Source of the DNA: Psilocybe cubensis
Lineage: Eukaryota
Length of the DNA stretch: 64,000 nt
Direction: 5' to 3'
Assembly: GCA_017499595.2 (NCBI GenBank)
Contig: CM038999.1
Span: forward strand, 930,001 to 994,000
Shown in pieces: positions 34,911 through 48,610 of the stretch; the stretch's first letter is position 1; every line of letters starts with the position of its first letter. The position numbers and the translations under genes were made by a program. The notes under the pieces were generated by a model, which was not told where the DNA came from, did not search any database, and was given only the letters and a program-made list of their open reading frames with translations.

Positions 34911-36992
34911 CTATTGAACTTCATCCTTAATATGCAGAATCGGATTCGGAGAGTTGGTCAGCTTTTCGCTCTGCTTCGCTGCGGCATTCCTTCTATCAAA
35001 CAGAATCTTCGCAATGATGACCAATATAGTTGCAATGAGCATGGACATCTACCAGACGACAACCTTCAGATTAAACAAGAACTGGAAGATTTAAGAGACA
35101 TGAGCTCACCGACGCGAATAATATTCCTCTCCACCATATGAAATCAGGTCCCAGTATAGCTCCAGTGATTGGCAAACCAATGAGTGCCGCGACAGCCGGT
35201 GGGATGAGAGATATACCGCAGCGCTTCCTGCTCCCAAGACAGACGTCAGTAGTGATTTATTACAGGTAATTTGTCTTAAAAATGTAAAATAACGCACCAC
35301 AGATGATCAGCACTTCCTGTGCTGAGTGAATTAATGAGGGGAAGGTACATCCCATTGGCTAAGAGCGGGATGTCGGCAAATTATTTACACACTCCAAAAG
35401 ATCTTGCACATACTGCCGCCAAAGAAAAACCCATAACTGGAGCATAGATATAAGCAATCTTTCGATCAGATTTAGAGATATAGGAATTATGCTTACAAAA
35501 TGGCAAAAGGGAAAACACCCTGGGGAGTTCCAGCGCCGAGCATGGCAAAACCAAGGGCGCCTACAAATTCATGACATGTCATGTCATGTCATGTCACAAG
35601 ATTCAGTGGAACGCCCACAATCAAAAATAAACCATCATACCCGTAGTTGCCAAACACGGGATATACACATTCAACACACCAAATTTATCTGCCAGATAGT
35701 TAGGAACAATTCGCCCGAAGACACCTGAGAAGTTCAACACCGCAAGGGCATAGAAAGACGCTTGTTTAGATGTTCCGTGTGTTTCCGCATAGAGCTGGAG
35801 GTAGGTCGGCGGTACGAAGGTCCCAAGACACATGATGAATCCCTGGCATAATACTAAAATATACGGCCAATCATTCCGTGCATCTTTGAGAACGGCTGTC
35901 CAGCTGGCGCGAATAGGCGCAGGAGTTGAGACAGAAGAGGGCAATGGGACGGGTTTCGGCATGGACATGAGAAAAATACCGACCACGAAGAAAACCAGCG
36001 TGACAAGTGAAACTATCCGAACTCCCCATGCAAAGCCAATGCTCCCATGAAGCATGTAATTTAGCGAAACTTGTAGAAGTAAGCTATATTATAGTCCAAT
36101 TAATTAGGAGTGTAATTTTGACTCACTAGAGAAAACGACTCCTCCAAATGAAATGGTAGAATCGACAATACCCTTAGCGATACGTGGGGATGAATGAGTT
36201 AACACGGAATGTTTTCAACATCTTACGTACCATTACGAATGCTTGATTTCGCCTGAAATGTCTGATGGACACAACGGATGTAGGCAGAAATAAGAGTCCA
36301 ATCCCCAGTCCCATACCGATTCCTAGAGATAATAATATCTATGTGATCAAATCACCAATGGATGAGAACTTTTTGGCAAGAATCATATTAGACTGCATTC
36401 TTGCCTGATAGTAATGATTCTGAGCGGCGAAGGAGAGCATGAATAGGCAGAAAAGGAATAGTGAACATCCTGTGATGACAGTTATACGGAAGTATCCTCG
36501 ATCGAGCCTTCAATGGATCAAAGTTGCAGTCATGCAAGATACAAAATATAACGACTTACAGCTCTCCTCCCAAGGGTGAAATAACATACTCCAAGAAAAT
36601 TTGAATGCTACCAATCCAGCTTATCGTGGAAGCGCTTTCGTTTGTAATCCATGAGGTAGTAAAGAATTCCTGGAAGACTCCGAATGATGACAACTAACGA
36701 GGGCATGAGTTGTGATCGATGCAACGAAGCGTGCGGTTAAGCGCACCACGCCGACGGCACAAAATTGTATTAGGCAAGCACCTATCACTGAAGAAGAGCC
36801 CATCGATTTCATGAGAATGCTTTTACGATTACATTTTGGATAAAACACACCGGTACTCCAAGCTCTTGCTTTGCCTTCCACATAAATATCCAGAGGGTCC
36901 AATACATCGTTGACCGGTACAACATTGGTATTAACATTATGCTTTTCGATTTCTGTGTCGCAAGAGCTGGATGTAGTAGAGTTCTCGTGCAT
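34911..36992 (-). CDS. MFS transporter, monocarboxylate porter (MCT/Mch-like) family, multi-exon
   Basis: Motifs EGKARAW, GACLIQFC, GIGMGLG, HFRRNQ, IGFAWGVRI, GVFGRIVPNYLADKFGVLNV and GPDF(I)WWR. Stop TAG at 34911-34913 on the - strand. Confidence 0.85.
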
Positions 36993-38009
36993 AACAGAAC
37001 CTTGGAGAAAGGGAATTGTGCGAAGGGAGAAATGGATAGGGTATTCTGCCCCGGACCTTTATAGGCCGGGATAACGAGTCAACGCATGCTATGCATGCTA
37101 TTCGTGATCACCTTAGCTCGTGAGGGTAAACCCAATGACTCCATGATGCCGTTCCCTTTCGGAAGATGTTGCGCATTCGCAGTCTTCTATCATCAGGGGT
37201 TCCGGGGGGAAAGGGCATCCTCCGAACAATGGAGGATATCTATATTCATCGTTTGTGTCTCACACACCTTTCCTCAGCACTATAAAGAGCGCAGGGTTAT
37301 CAGATTCTTTCCAAAGATATCAAAAGCGCAGAGTTAACTCAACGAATGTAGCCCATGTATCATTTATGAAGCGTGTCTGTGATCCATCCGAGGAGTGTAG
37401 GACATGCGAACCCATGTTGGTGCTGGCAGTTGACTGGCACTGGAGCTGCTCCAAAAACTGCATGTAAAGTTTAATGTCTATGTTTCAAAGAATATAGAAG
37501 AGCCCTGTGGGCAACGAAATTGCGCTGAGTGCTGATCCTAATTTAAAAAATGGAATGAACAGTTTTTTTAATTTCGTCGACGATGTAGGAACACATGGGA
37601 ATGCGTGAGGCGTGGGAACATAGAAAGGTTTGTCCCCGATAGAAGCCGACCTGGTCTTTTTTTATCAGGCTTGAAGCAATGAAAAGGAAGTTTACGGGGA
37701 CGGAAACGTGGTAAGTGTTCTGCAGCATTTTCGATCTGGTAAAGCGAGTTAGATTTTACAGTCTGTGGTATGGAAGTAGGCAGACCAGTCTTCAGCTTTG
37801 AATTTGAGTGCTGATAAACACGAGCGTTGAGAGCGGCGTGTTTGCAATGCTTCGAGTTCTATTTATACCTGTCACTGTCAGTCAGTAGGTCGTTGGCCCG
37901 TCTGTGACGCAAGGTCGCATTATCCATTTCCCACAGGGATGATTAAGGCTGCTAGGCTTCGTTGACTACTTCATGAACCAACCGTTCACTAGCACTGCTC
38001 ATACCCTTG

Positions 38010-39530
38010 ATGGCTTCGTCTTCCGGTCCCAAGCCTTTATCTACGCCAGAGGCCTTTGTTTTGGGCGGCCTTGCTGCATGTTGTGCTGTGAGCAGAGTCC
38101 ACATCGACTTTTGGCAGTGGTTTGCTTACAGATAGTAATTAGGTAACTGTATCGAATCCGGCAGAGGTAGCGAAGACGCGCCTCCAATTGCAAGGAGAGT
38201 TGGTGAAAGACAATTCTAAGAGAGTATACAAGAACACTCTCGATGTTCTGGTCAAGACGACCCGAAACGAAGGTATCCGAGGCGTACAGAGGGGACTGGC
38301 ACCAGCCGTATGTGATCTGTCACCGACGTGTATAATTAATCTCTAACTTGTCATTCAGTACGTGTACCAGGTATGTACTCATCTGACGTTGTTTTCTTTT
38401 TTCCAAATTTCGTTGCCAGATCCTTGTAAACGGTGCACGATTAGGTGGGTTATTGTGACCGTGATGATGCTGTTTGATATCCAATCTCTCCTCAGGTTTC
38501 TACGAACCGTTCCGACAAACAACAAACAGTTTTATCGGCTTGTCACCCACGGAACAAAACACTGCAACTTCTGTGCTTGCTGGCGCAACGAGTGGTGCTG
38601 TAGGAGGTTTGTTTTGAGAACGAAAATGCCAAGTGATTCAGTTCAATTGTAATTCTAACTCCGTCCAACAGCCGCCTTAGGCAACCCCCTATTCTTGATC
38701 AAGTCCCGCATGCAAGCGTACTCTCCCAGTCTACCCGTGGGCACCCAACGCCAGTATAGAAATTCATTCCATGCACTTTCATCAGTTGTCAGAGAAGAAG
38801 GGCTCCGGGGTTTATTACGAGGAACTAATGCAGCTGTCCTAAGGACCGCTATGGGATCATCAGTCAGTCTCAATGCTTCGATTTTCTTTGCAACTAATAT
38901 AACCCTGATTATCAGGTCCAAGTTCCCTCTTACATGTGGACAAAACGCCAACTCGTAAATAGGGGTATTTTACCCGCAGAAAGCTTTTGGACGTATCTAA
39001 TCAGCAGCTCTGTCTCTGGACTTTTCGTCGTGAGTACTGCCGTCTGAATCACGTCATGAGTATATGATGGATTTCAAAACGCTTGTCCGGGTTTTAGCTT
39101 GCAATTATGCAACCGACAGACACTGTGAGTACACTTTGAGGTCTATTATAGCATTTTCAATTGATTTTTGATTGATATAGGTCCTTACACGGATGTACAA
39201 CCAACCTACGAAAACATTGCCAAACGGAAAAATCGTGGGCTCTCTTTACCGGAATCCTATAGATGCGCTGTGGAAAATTGCAAAGATCGAAGGTGTCTTG
39301 GGCTGGTACAAAGGTTAATCTCCCGTTCCGTTGGCTCTCTTTCTCGACTAAGAACCATCATTACAGGCACAGCGGCGCATTTCTTGCGTATAACACCACA
39401 CACGTCCGTTATCTCCTTCTCTTTCCCTCGCATACCTTGAGGCTAACTCGTCATTTGCAGTATAATTACGTTAACTGCTAACGACCTGATCATTGACCTC
39501 TACAGGAAAATCAGGTCTCGCCAAATTTGA
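38010..39530 (+). CDS. OAC1: Mitochondrial oxaloacetate/sulfate/isopropylmalate carrier (Oac1-like), many small exons
   Basis: FVLGGLAACCA|VTVSNPAEVAKTRLQLQGEL, GVQRGLAPA, GNPLFLIKSRMQAYS, AAVLRTAMGSS|VQ, MQPTDT..TRMYNQP and AHFLRITPHT; three carrier signature repeats. Confidence 0.88.
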
Positions 39531-40935
39531 CTTCTTGGTGATGGAATTGATAGATCTATTTATCCTCTATATTCTTGCGATCAGATCGTTGTTAATAGAA
39601 TCTTCTCATCACAGGTCGCTCACGATACTTGAGGGTCAAAACTACGCAAATGAGCAATGCCCAAGACGCTGCTCATGACATTTGTCTCTTGTAATTTGAT
39701 TGCTAATGTGGCAACGAAGTCGTTCGCGAAGAAGCCACTTTCGCAGATAGCTGAGAAGCATTGTTCCCTTAGAATGTCTACCCACCAAAGTGGCCGAATT
39801 TTGTCCGGGACATCATGCAACGATGAGAAAGGCCTAGGGAAAAAGGTGCTGGAGTTTACATCAAATCTGACTTTTTGATGTGAAAGCGACACTGGTCAGC
39901 GGCGTTTGAATCCTTGAAATGGTACTAGGAGGCAGTCATCTGAACTGTGCACCACACGGGTGCCGCGATCTGCGTATCCTGCACACAAAACTCCAATCTG
40001 AGCGCTGGAACTTCGCTCAGTTGCTTAACTTGACGCTTGAAACATCATCTTGATCTATCGATTGTGTTTACTGGTGATCAATTGTGGGACCGATGTTGAA
40101 ATTTGGTTACTCTCTCGCGTGTTGGTGGATGAACGATGAACAATCATCCAAAGCTCCACATTACTTCGTTTCTACCTCGGCCCCTACATTCTGAACGGCA
40201 TGAAGTGGCGACAAGAGGTCTAGTTGGATAATGATCCACTTCGCACAACGCCCGTCGACTTCGAATTTACCCATGTCTGGCCGTCGGCGGCAGTGATGCC
40301 ACGGGGAATTGGTTTCAGCTTTATAAAACATAAATGGCATTTCTTATGCTTTTTGCCTGAAATAATACTAATGTTCGAATTCGCAGTTTGTACCATCTTC
40401 CGCTCATTGGGATATGTTGCATATATGCTAGGTCACTTGAAGTGCCGGTCTTCCAACTATGTTTGAACCTAGGCTCCAATATTAAGTTAAGGTGGAAACT
40501 AGCACTATGTGATTCGCGCTGATAGCCTTTACTTGGCCTTTACTCTCTTGACCTTTCTCAGCTGGATTGCAGACCAGTGCGAACCCCGCGCTCTGTTTTA
40601 AATAGCTCATTTCCCGCGATGCCAACGGTTTTATTTCCTCAGCCAATGTATTTATGCAATGCTTTTTATACCTCTTGGGAACAGCACGGGTGCACTAATA
40701 TTTCCTGGCCATGATAAATAAGGGAACCGATGTTTTGGCACGGTGGATCCAACGTTGATTGTGATGCATCATGACTTTCTGAGACAATTAAATACTAGGT
40801 ATCTTCATCTTCATGAGGACGAAGTGACAGACAGTTGGAAGCCAAATGATTTTCAATTTCAATGATTTGTACCAACTTCGTGATAACTTTCGATGTACAG
40901 AAAAGGTCTATGTTTAGACGTAGGCATTACGCAAC

Positions 40936-42490
40936 TTATCTCCGGCTCTCTGGACGTAGAGACCTGACAACTTTTCCTGTAAAAGATTGTCAAATCGTCA
41001 TGTATAGAATCAGAAGATCAAGGGATGCCTTACCAACACGCCAAATCTCTTGCTCATCAACCTCCCGCAGCTCTTTGGCAAGATCCTCACGGTATGTTGA
41101 CCTGCCGTTGAATTTGAGGGCATTACGGGTTTCTGTTCCGTTCCTGACACTTTCGTAAAGCCTTTCGAAAACTGGCATTGTTGTTTTTTCAAAAATAGGC
41201 GCCCAATCCAGGGCACCACGTCGTGCTGTAGTCGAACATGCATTGGCCATGTATTCCATTCTATTTTTAAAAAATTCGAAATCATCTGCAAGGGCTTTGT
41301 AGGATTGTTGCATACTTACCCATACTCGCCAATCAAGGGGTAAAGAGTCTGCGTAGCTTCTTCGACAGTTTCATTGAATGCCTCGGAAGGGGTGTGTCCA
41401 TTTGCGCGGAGGACCTTGTATTGGGCCAAGAAAATACCCATTAAGGCACCCATCAGCTATACGGGATTATTATGAGCGCTTATTCTGAATTTTCAAATAT
41501 CTACTTACAATCCCTCGCTCGCCGAAAAGGTCAGAATATACTTCTTTTTGAAAGGTTGTTTCATAAAGGTATCCAGAACCGATTGCTACGCCTAAAGCAA
41601 TGGCCTTTTCTTTTGCGTTTCCAGTTACATCTTGATATACAGCTATACTGGAGTTGACTCCTCTCCCTTCTTTGAATAATAATCGTACTGATTTCCCAGT
41701 GCCCTTAGGGGCAACCAATATGACATCGATATCTTTTGGTGGCACAACGCCAGTATCCTCGCTGTAGGTAATTGAGAAACCATGTGAGAAATAGAGAGTT
41801 TTTCCCTTTGTGATCAGAGGTGAAATTTGGGGCCAGAGCTGCGACTGGGCAGCGTCAGATAACAGAAGCATGATGATTGTACCTCGACTGATAGCTTCTT
41901 CTATTGAGAACAACGTCTCTCCAGGGACCTAACAAGGCATTGTATCAATCAACAGGATAAAGTGAGGAATTTTGACTTGATACACACCCAACCCTCATCC
42001 TGAGCCTGTTTCCAGCTCACTCCGTCTTCTCGAACTCCGACAACCACATTCAGACCATGATCACGAGCGTTGAGAGCCTGACCGTGTCCTTGAGACCCAT
42101 ATCCAATGACGGCTAAGGTATCATGCTCAAAGTATCTCTGAAGCTTCGCAACTGGCCAATCTCCGCGTTCATATACACTCTCCATCGTTCCACCGAAATC
42201 GAGAGTTTTCATTCCCCGGACATGGGGATGATGTGTTGTCACAAGGCTGGGTATCTGCCTCACCAGCGCTTCAGAACTTTCGATGAAGTGATAATAATAT
42301 AATTTACTATTACCCTCCTTGAGGTAGCTGATGCTGGAGGCGTTAATGTCATGTACCGCACAGCTGCATTTACAGGGTGACGTGAAAGCATCGCATCGCA
42401 GGAGGCGATCGAAGAACTATATTTGGGCGCTGTTGTAGACACAGCTCGGCTTGAAAGACGCCGCCCAAGAATTTTGGTCAAGTTGAGCAT
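40936..42490 (-). CDS. ILV5: Mitochondrial ketol-acid reductoisomerase (Ilv5/KARI), with presequence; 6 exons
   Basis: Arg/Ser-rich presequence; [67 protein letters not shown] and VRSLRPE. Confidence 0.95.
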
Positions 42491-43269
42491 CGATGTCGTA
42501 CGCCACGGCGAGAAAAAAAGATAAAAAATAAGGATGTCAAAAGTCGCTGACGGCAGGCGTCGTAATGACAGTCTTTGAATAAAATAGATCCATTTTTAAA
42601 GCATCTTGACAGTCGTGCATATGGATGGGGAGCCTCCTTTCCCCACAGTTAGTGCAGTGACTGGTCGGAAATTTGCGACGACCTCCTTAGGTCCCCACGG
42701 GTGTCTGTTACCATATGCAATGCCGTAGCCAAATTACTGGGACGGACCAAGGTTTGCTTCTGATTTTAGCTATTGGATTGGTTTGCTGCCGCTCCCCATC
42801 CATCATTAATAATTGGCAGCTTTCCAAGTGCTTTGGCTAGGACATTCTATCAGCATCTATATTTGCCTGGTTCAGTTTATCACAGACGCTATATCCGTAT
42901 CTAGTATCAATCTTCGACTGTCTTCTCTCCACTGCTCACGGGGCCAGCTATTATTGGGCTTTTGCATCGTGATGAAGGATTAGTACATATGCCCAGTACA
43001 TGCGTCCGAATCCCCGTACATGAACTCACGTCCGTCGTTCGACCATTGCATACCCACGAGCAGAGCTTAGCGCACAGGAGCACGGCATAGGTGAATCGTA
43101 TCGTGCACGCCAATAGGCCCTCTCTAGTAAGTCCTCAAATGTTGGCGGTAATAACGCGACAAGTCTTTAACGAAGGGTTACCTCACAATCCAGAGCAGAT
43201 TGTCGATCTCTTGAGAATCTCCTTCTAGGATCCCGTCATTACTCGTCCCTTATTATTCGTCAAATCAAA

Positions 43270-44801
43270 ATGTCTCCAGGAAAGATTCCGGTTCCTACTA
43301 CAGAACTCCTTGGTACATTTCTCGAGGCGCTGGGCTATGGTAAGTACCAGAGGTGTCCCTCCGTCGTGGATGATGAATTGATAACCGTCTGGTTACAAGG
43401 TGTTTATCTAGTGGTCTTCCCTCAATGTCTGCGCATCATGTTGCGAAGAAATTTGAGCAGTGTGATCACCGCAGTATTTGTGGCTAGTATTGTGATTAAT
43501 TTTCTGCTCATTACCCTGGTATGTTCTAAGCGCTTGTGGTCGAGCGCGATGCTAAACGAGTTCCAAAGCATATTGTGGTTGACCTTACACGGGCGTTCAC
43601 GGCATTTACGGCCAATTTATCCGTTGGTGGCGCAGCGGAAGCGTACTACGCCAATGTAAATACGCATTTGAATATCACCAAAAATGCTGCCTATTGCTCA
43701 GCCACTCTCTTGGCCGATGCGCTCCTCGTGAGTATTCATCTCTGAAGGTATCTCACAACCATGAGTAACGATAATACAGGTTTATCGTACCTTCATCGTT
43801 TGGGGCCGCAATTACCTAGTGGTCATCCTCCCAGTCCTTCTTTTTATTCTTGATTTCGGTAGATTTTCTTTCCTTGAATCATTAAATTTAATCTTGCTGA
43901 TCTTTTCGCTAGCTATGTCGGTTTGGTTTACATGGTCCGTCAACGAAGCCCACCCCGGTAGCAGCGTTCTGGTCTCTACAGTGTTTGCTAGATCGAAATA
44001 CTTCTTCGTTGCAACGTTGGCTTTGAATCTTTTATGCACAGGTAAGCTTTTTCACTTAATTTTACGGAGTATATATTTTGGCGCAGTATTGATTAAACTT
44101 CTCGCTCCGATCTAGTCCTCATTGCATACAAGATTTGGAAGGTTCAAAGTCAGGTCGTCCCCTACGTGTCTGGCCCTTCCCGTGGTGCCAACGCACTTTC
44201 TATCATCCTCGAATCCGGTTCGTAAAGGAGCTTTTCATTAGTTTATGCTTTTCATTGAAAAAATTTTCTTCCCATTTTTAGCTGCTATCTACTCGGCGGC
44301 CCTCATTTGTTTAATCGGAACATCCATTGCGGGCAGTTCGGTCATGTTCCTCTGGTTGAACTCGGTACGTCCTTCAAGTATCTTTAATTCCCGCTTTGAT
44401 GCTGACATATAGGTGTATGGATAGATGCCACCACTTATCGTATGTTATACAGCATTTCTGATATGTGTCATACCAACTAACAGTTTGCGCAGGGATCGGT
44501 CTTCTCTTACATTATCCTTCGCAGCTCAACAGATATCAAACGATTCAATACGACTCTTAGCATAGGAACGAACGCTATGATGTTTGCTACCCAAGCAACA
44601 GATAAAACAGGCGCGACCGCTCGAACCCAAGGCTATAAACATCAAAGTGCATATCTCGGTCCAAGGCCAGGGTTACAATCAGACGTGGAGGGAGTGCACG
44701 TCCGTCTTCAACAAATGGTGCACCGAGACGATACCGATATGGATAGCGCCAAAGTATCAGACTCGAAGATAGATGCCTCAATATCTGGTTCGGAGGCTTG
44801 A
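43270..44801 (+). CDS. Uncharacterised agaricomycete multi-pass (about 7 TM) membrane protein, multi-exon
   Basis: GTFLEALGYG|VYLVVF.., LLADALL|VYRTFIVWG, LALNLLCT|(V)LIAYKIW, IILES|AAIYS and IGIGL..IILR; hydrophobic exons. Confidence 0.8.
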
Positions 44802-46303
44802 TCATAAGCGCCTTATTCAATTTTCTAGCGCGAAGGGTCTGTTCTGCTCTCTTCTTCCAGTATTTATATCACTATCGTCTCTCTTTGATCGAATGGATAT
44901 GTAAATTTTTGATAGTCCATCAGGTCACCGGGTTATGTAGTTACCATGATTTCTATCTGCTTCAATTTTTGAAACTGTAAATGTAGATGTACACTTATGT
45001 TTAATCACACGATATGAAGTAGTCGCTTGAGGTTGAGTGATGATCACATTCTGACCAGGGAAAAAGCAATGCAAAGCAAAGTAAAATAAAAATCATTGTC
45101 GCTGGGTGGCCGACTCGGATTCTTCCATTGAAGACTCTTCACACTTCCTAAGGTTTAATGGGAAAATCGTTAGACATTGTATTATGATCTACATGTTAAT
45201 ATCAAGTCAAATAGACAGAACGCCCCTTGTATCACATTGACATTATCTGGTGGTAGTTCGATCCCAGTTATGCTTGCCTGCGACACGTCGGCGGAAGCAG
45301 TCAACGATCGACTGAAATTAGATATTCGTACTCCGCCAAAATTTCTAAATTCGTCAGCAAGCTAAACAGAAGGAAGTGAAGCATCCCAGACTCCTATCCG
45401 CCTGTTTTCACTTGTCAACACCGTGTTTGACGACTTGAACAAGGTCAGTCAAGGGTCTGCTCGCTGACGGCTGTAGACTGCTCGTTCCTACGTTGTGCCT
45501 TCATATGCCTTCTCGGAGCTCTCTACTAATAAGGCACTGGTTTCTACTTCTATTACTGGAGTCTGGCAGTGTCTGGCAGTTGCAAAAAATCTTCCTGGCG
45601 GCTACGGGAATCGGATATCGGTTTCTCCGCATGGTCACTCATGACCTGGTCCTATAATTTTTGATTTTGCCACAGGGTGCATGGAGCACCATTCGTTGAG
45701 ATATCACTCAATGAATAGCTTCCTTTCGAATCTGGAAGCATCCGAAGCTAAGGGATAGTGTTCGTCACGGTGCCGTGAACAACTTCTAGCTAGCCTTATC
45801 TTCAAAGATGCATTGCAGAAGAGAACCCTGAGTCTTGCCTGGTCGTCGGAAACTATCGCGTTGGGAACTAGACGACGGCTATGAATCCTGCTTTCTCTAT
45901 ATGGTTCTATAACACGCATCATAGCTTATGTTGTGGGATCGGACCTGTAGTCTTCATTTGTGCACAGTTGAATGCTCAGGTCCCGCCAGAGATATGTGCC
46001 AGTTAAATAGGCATATGTGATCTATAGAAGCTCCAACGAAATCAAAAAGTATCCCAGCATCAAGAAACCGTCTACTTATTTTTATACTGTCAAATTTCCC
46101 GACCAAAACCGAAAGCACATGTGCCTTGTGTACATCATCAATCCACACGCTTGGTGGACTTCTTAATCCCGAGTGATCTACAGAAAACCACCCCAGGTTT
46201 CAGCATCTCTCTACCTCCCTTCATCCAGTATTCAGCGAGTAAATCGCTGAATTGACGTTGAAAAGGCCTTGCTAAAAGCTCATACTTGTCACGCACCGCA
46301 AGT

Positions 46304-48610
46304 ATGCCGGAGATTGCACATGACACAGAGGCGACTGGAAAGGACGTATCGTCCACAGCTTCCCGGTCAGACCATAGCATCATCGACGTTCAGGCTGAAC
46401 GTAGGGCGGTTCGCAAATTGGATCTGACCGTGTTGCCAATTGTGACGATGTTCTACCTTCTCTCATTCCTGGTGAGCCCGCACAGGCAGTAGTGATTTCC
46501 ATTGGCGTGAACTGACGGTTTAATTTCATGACAGGATCGTGCCAACATCGGTAACATTAATATTAAGAAATGACGTACTCCTGTCGCTCACGCCGATCTT
46601 GCTCTCTGCTAGGAAATGCTCGAGTTGCGGGCCTCCAGAAATCTTTGCACTTGACGGACAAACAGTACCAGATTGCAGTGACCGTTCTCTATGTGTGAGT
46701 ACTGCCGTTTTTTTTGGCTGGAAACCACCTCACCGAAAAATTCAAACAATTTTTAGGCCATACATCGCCGCTGAGCTTCCTTCCAATCTGATTCTCAGAA
46801 AAGTTGGTCCACGTCGCCTTATGCCGACGCTGTTAACGATATGGGGAATCATCGTCACACTCCAAGGTGCATTAAAACTGTCCAAATCATTTAGGAGAAT
46901 CAAAACTAAACCGAGCACCCACAAGGACTGGTTACTTCTTACGGCGGTTTGGTGACTGTTCGGGCATTGCTCGGGTTGGTCGAGGGACCAATGTTCCCTG
47001 GAATCGTATTATATTTATCCGGCTTCTACACACGCTCTGAGTTGTCCCTTCGGTGTGCCTTTTTCCTCAGCTTTGTTTTTTAGCCTTTGTTGCTGACAGA
47101 CAATCTTTCCTCCGCAGCATTGCACTGTTTTTCTCGTCGGCCTCAGTGAGTGTTCTAAACTTAAACTGTACGCGCGTCCAATTTGAACTGCCGCTGATGG
47201 ATCATTTTTCAATAGCTCTCAGGAGCGTTTTCTGGTTTGCTTGCGGCTGGTATTCAGAACATGAATGGAATCGGTGGACGACCCGGTTGGGCATGGATCT
47301 TCATTTTGGTATGAAATCTACATACCCGCTGTTTCTTAGTTCGCTCTGATCGTTTTTCGCTGAATTTAGGAGGGCCTTTTCTCTATTTTGATGGGCTTGG
47401 CCGGCTACCTTTTGCTGCCTTCCACGCCCCGCGACTCCAAATTTTTGACACACGATGAGAAAGAGTCAGTGTAATTTTATCTTTACTGAGATGCCGCCGT
47501 TTCTAAATATTGCCTCCCATCAACGCCGACTATCACTTTCCCAACTGCTCACTCACACTCGTACACAGGGTCATCATGCGTCGCCTCGAGCGCGACCGTC
47601 CATCTATCAACCCATCGGACAAATTCTCCTTCTGGGAGGTCTTCCGCTCTCTGAGCTCACCCCAGGTTATCTTTATGTTTATTATCTTCTTCATGCTCGG
47701 AACGACACTTTACGGTCTTGCACTCTTCCTGCCTTCCATTGTAAACCAACTCGGCTTCAGCCCTAATAAATCTCAGCTTCTGAGCGTCGGTCCGTTTGCT
47801 GCTGGGTTCTTCAGTAAGTCCGACATCACACAGCATTCAAGCTGTATCAAGCTAACTGTGTTGGCGCTATTATAGTCACTTTCTTGGTAGCGTATCTCTC
47901 TGACAAATATAACTCCCGAGGCATCCCATCTGCCATCGTGTCGATGCTGGCAGTGATTGGCTTCGCTGTATACCTCCGTCAGTGTCTTGTCCATTCTACA
48001 ACTACTGTTCTACCTCAACTCACACCTCAATCTTTTATCTACCTATCTATAGGCACTGATCACAAGTTCACCGCCTATGGATCTCTCTACCTCACCGTTC
48101 CAGGTGTGTACGCCTGTGCGCCGATGCTTTGCGCATGGATGGCCAACAACTCGGAACCATACTACCGCCGAGCTACCAGTGTTGCAATCGGCTTCGTGGC
48201 TACCAATGCTGTGAGTCATGCCCTCGTTCTCTACTTCCTAGAAGGAGGCTGAATAGACTCTTCCACCCAAGGGAGGAATTTTGAGTACATGGAGGTTCCC
48301 CACCAAAGAAGGCCCCCGCTTCAGGAAGACAACCATTATGGATCTTACGTTGTAAGTCCCCGCTTTCCTTCCCAATGGTTCACTTTGCATGTAAACGCCG
48401 TTAAACTAACAATTCTCTTCTACCAGCTCCGTACTCATCGTTGTCTTCTGCTTGATCAACATGCTCTACCTCAACTGGCGTAACCAGCAGAAGAAGAAGC
48501 AGCGTACCGCGCTCCTTGCACCATACGCCGACGAGAAGCGCAGCGACGGCGGCGAGCGCGCGTGGATCGAACTGGGTGACCAACATCCGGACTTCATCTA
48601 CACACTCTGA
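46304..48610 (+). CDS. MFS transporter, anion:cation symporter family (Tna1/Dal5/Liz1-like), multi-exon
   Basis: VRKLDLTVLP, FL|DRANIG|NARVAG, ELPSNLIL, GLVEGPMFPG, GRPGWAWIFIL|EG, YLSDKYNSRG, WMANNSEPYYRRA, and terminal LGDQHPDFIYTL*. Confidence 0.92.

Noticed and set aside
35573..35596. (CATGT)n short repeat
   Set aside because: Ordinary intronic microsatellite within the MFS gene.
39530..40930. Possible extra gene or pseudogene between OAC1 and ILV5
   Set aside because: Only short ORFs, with no motif or consistent exon chain that could be built by eye.
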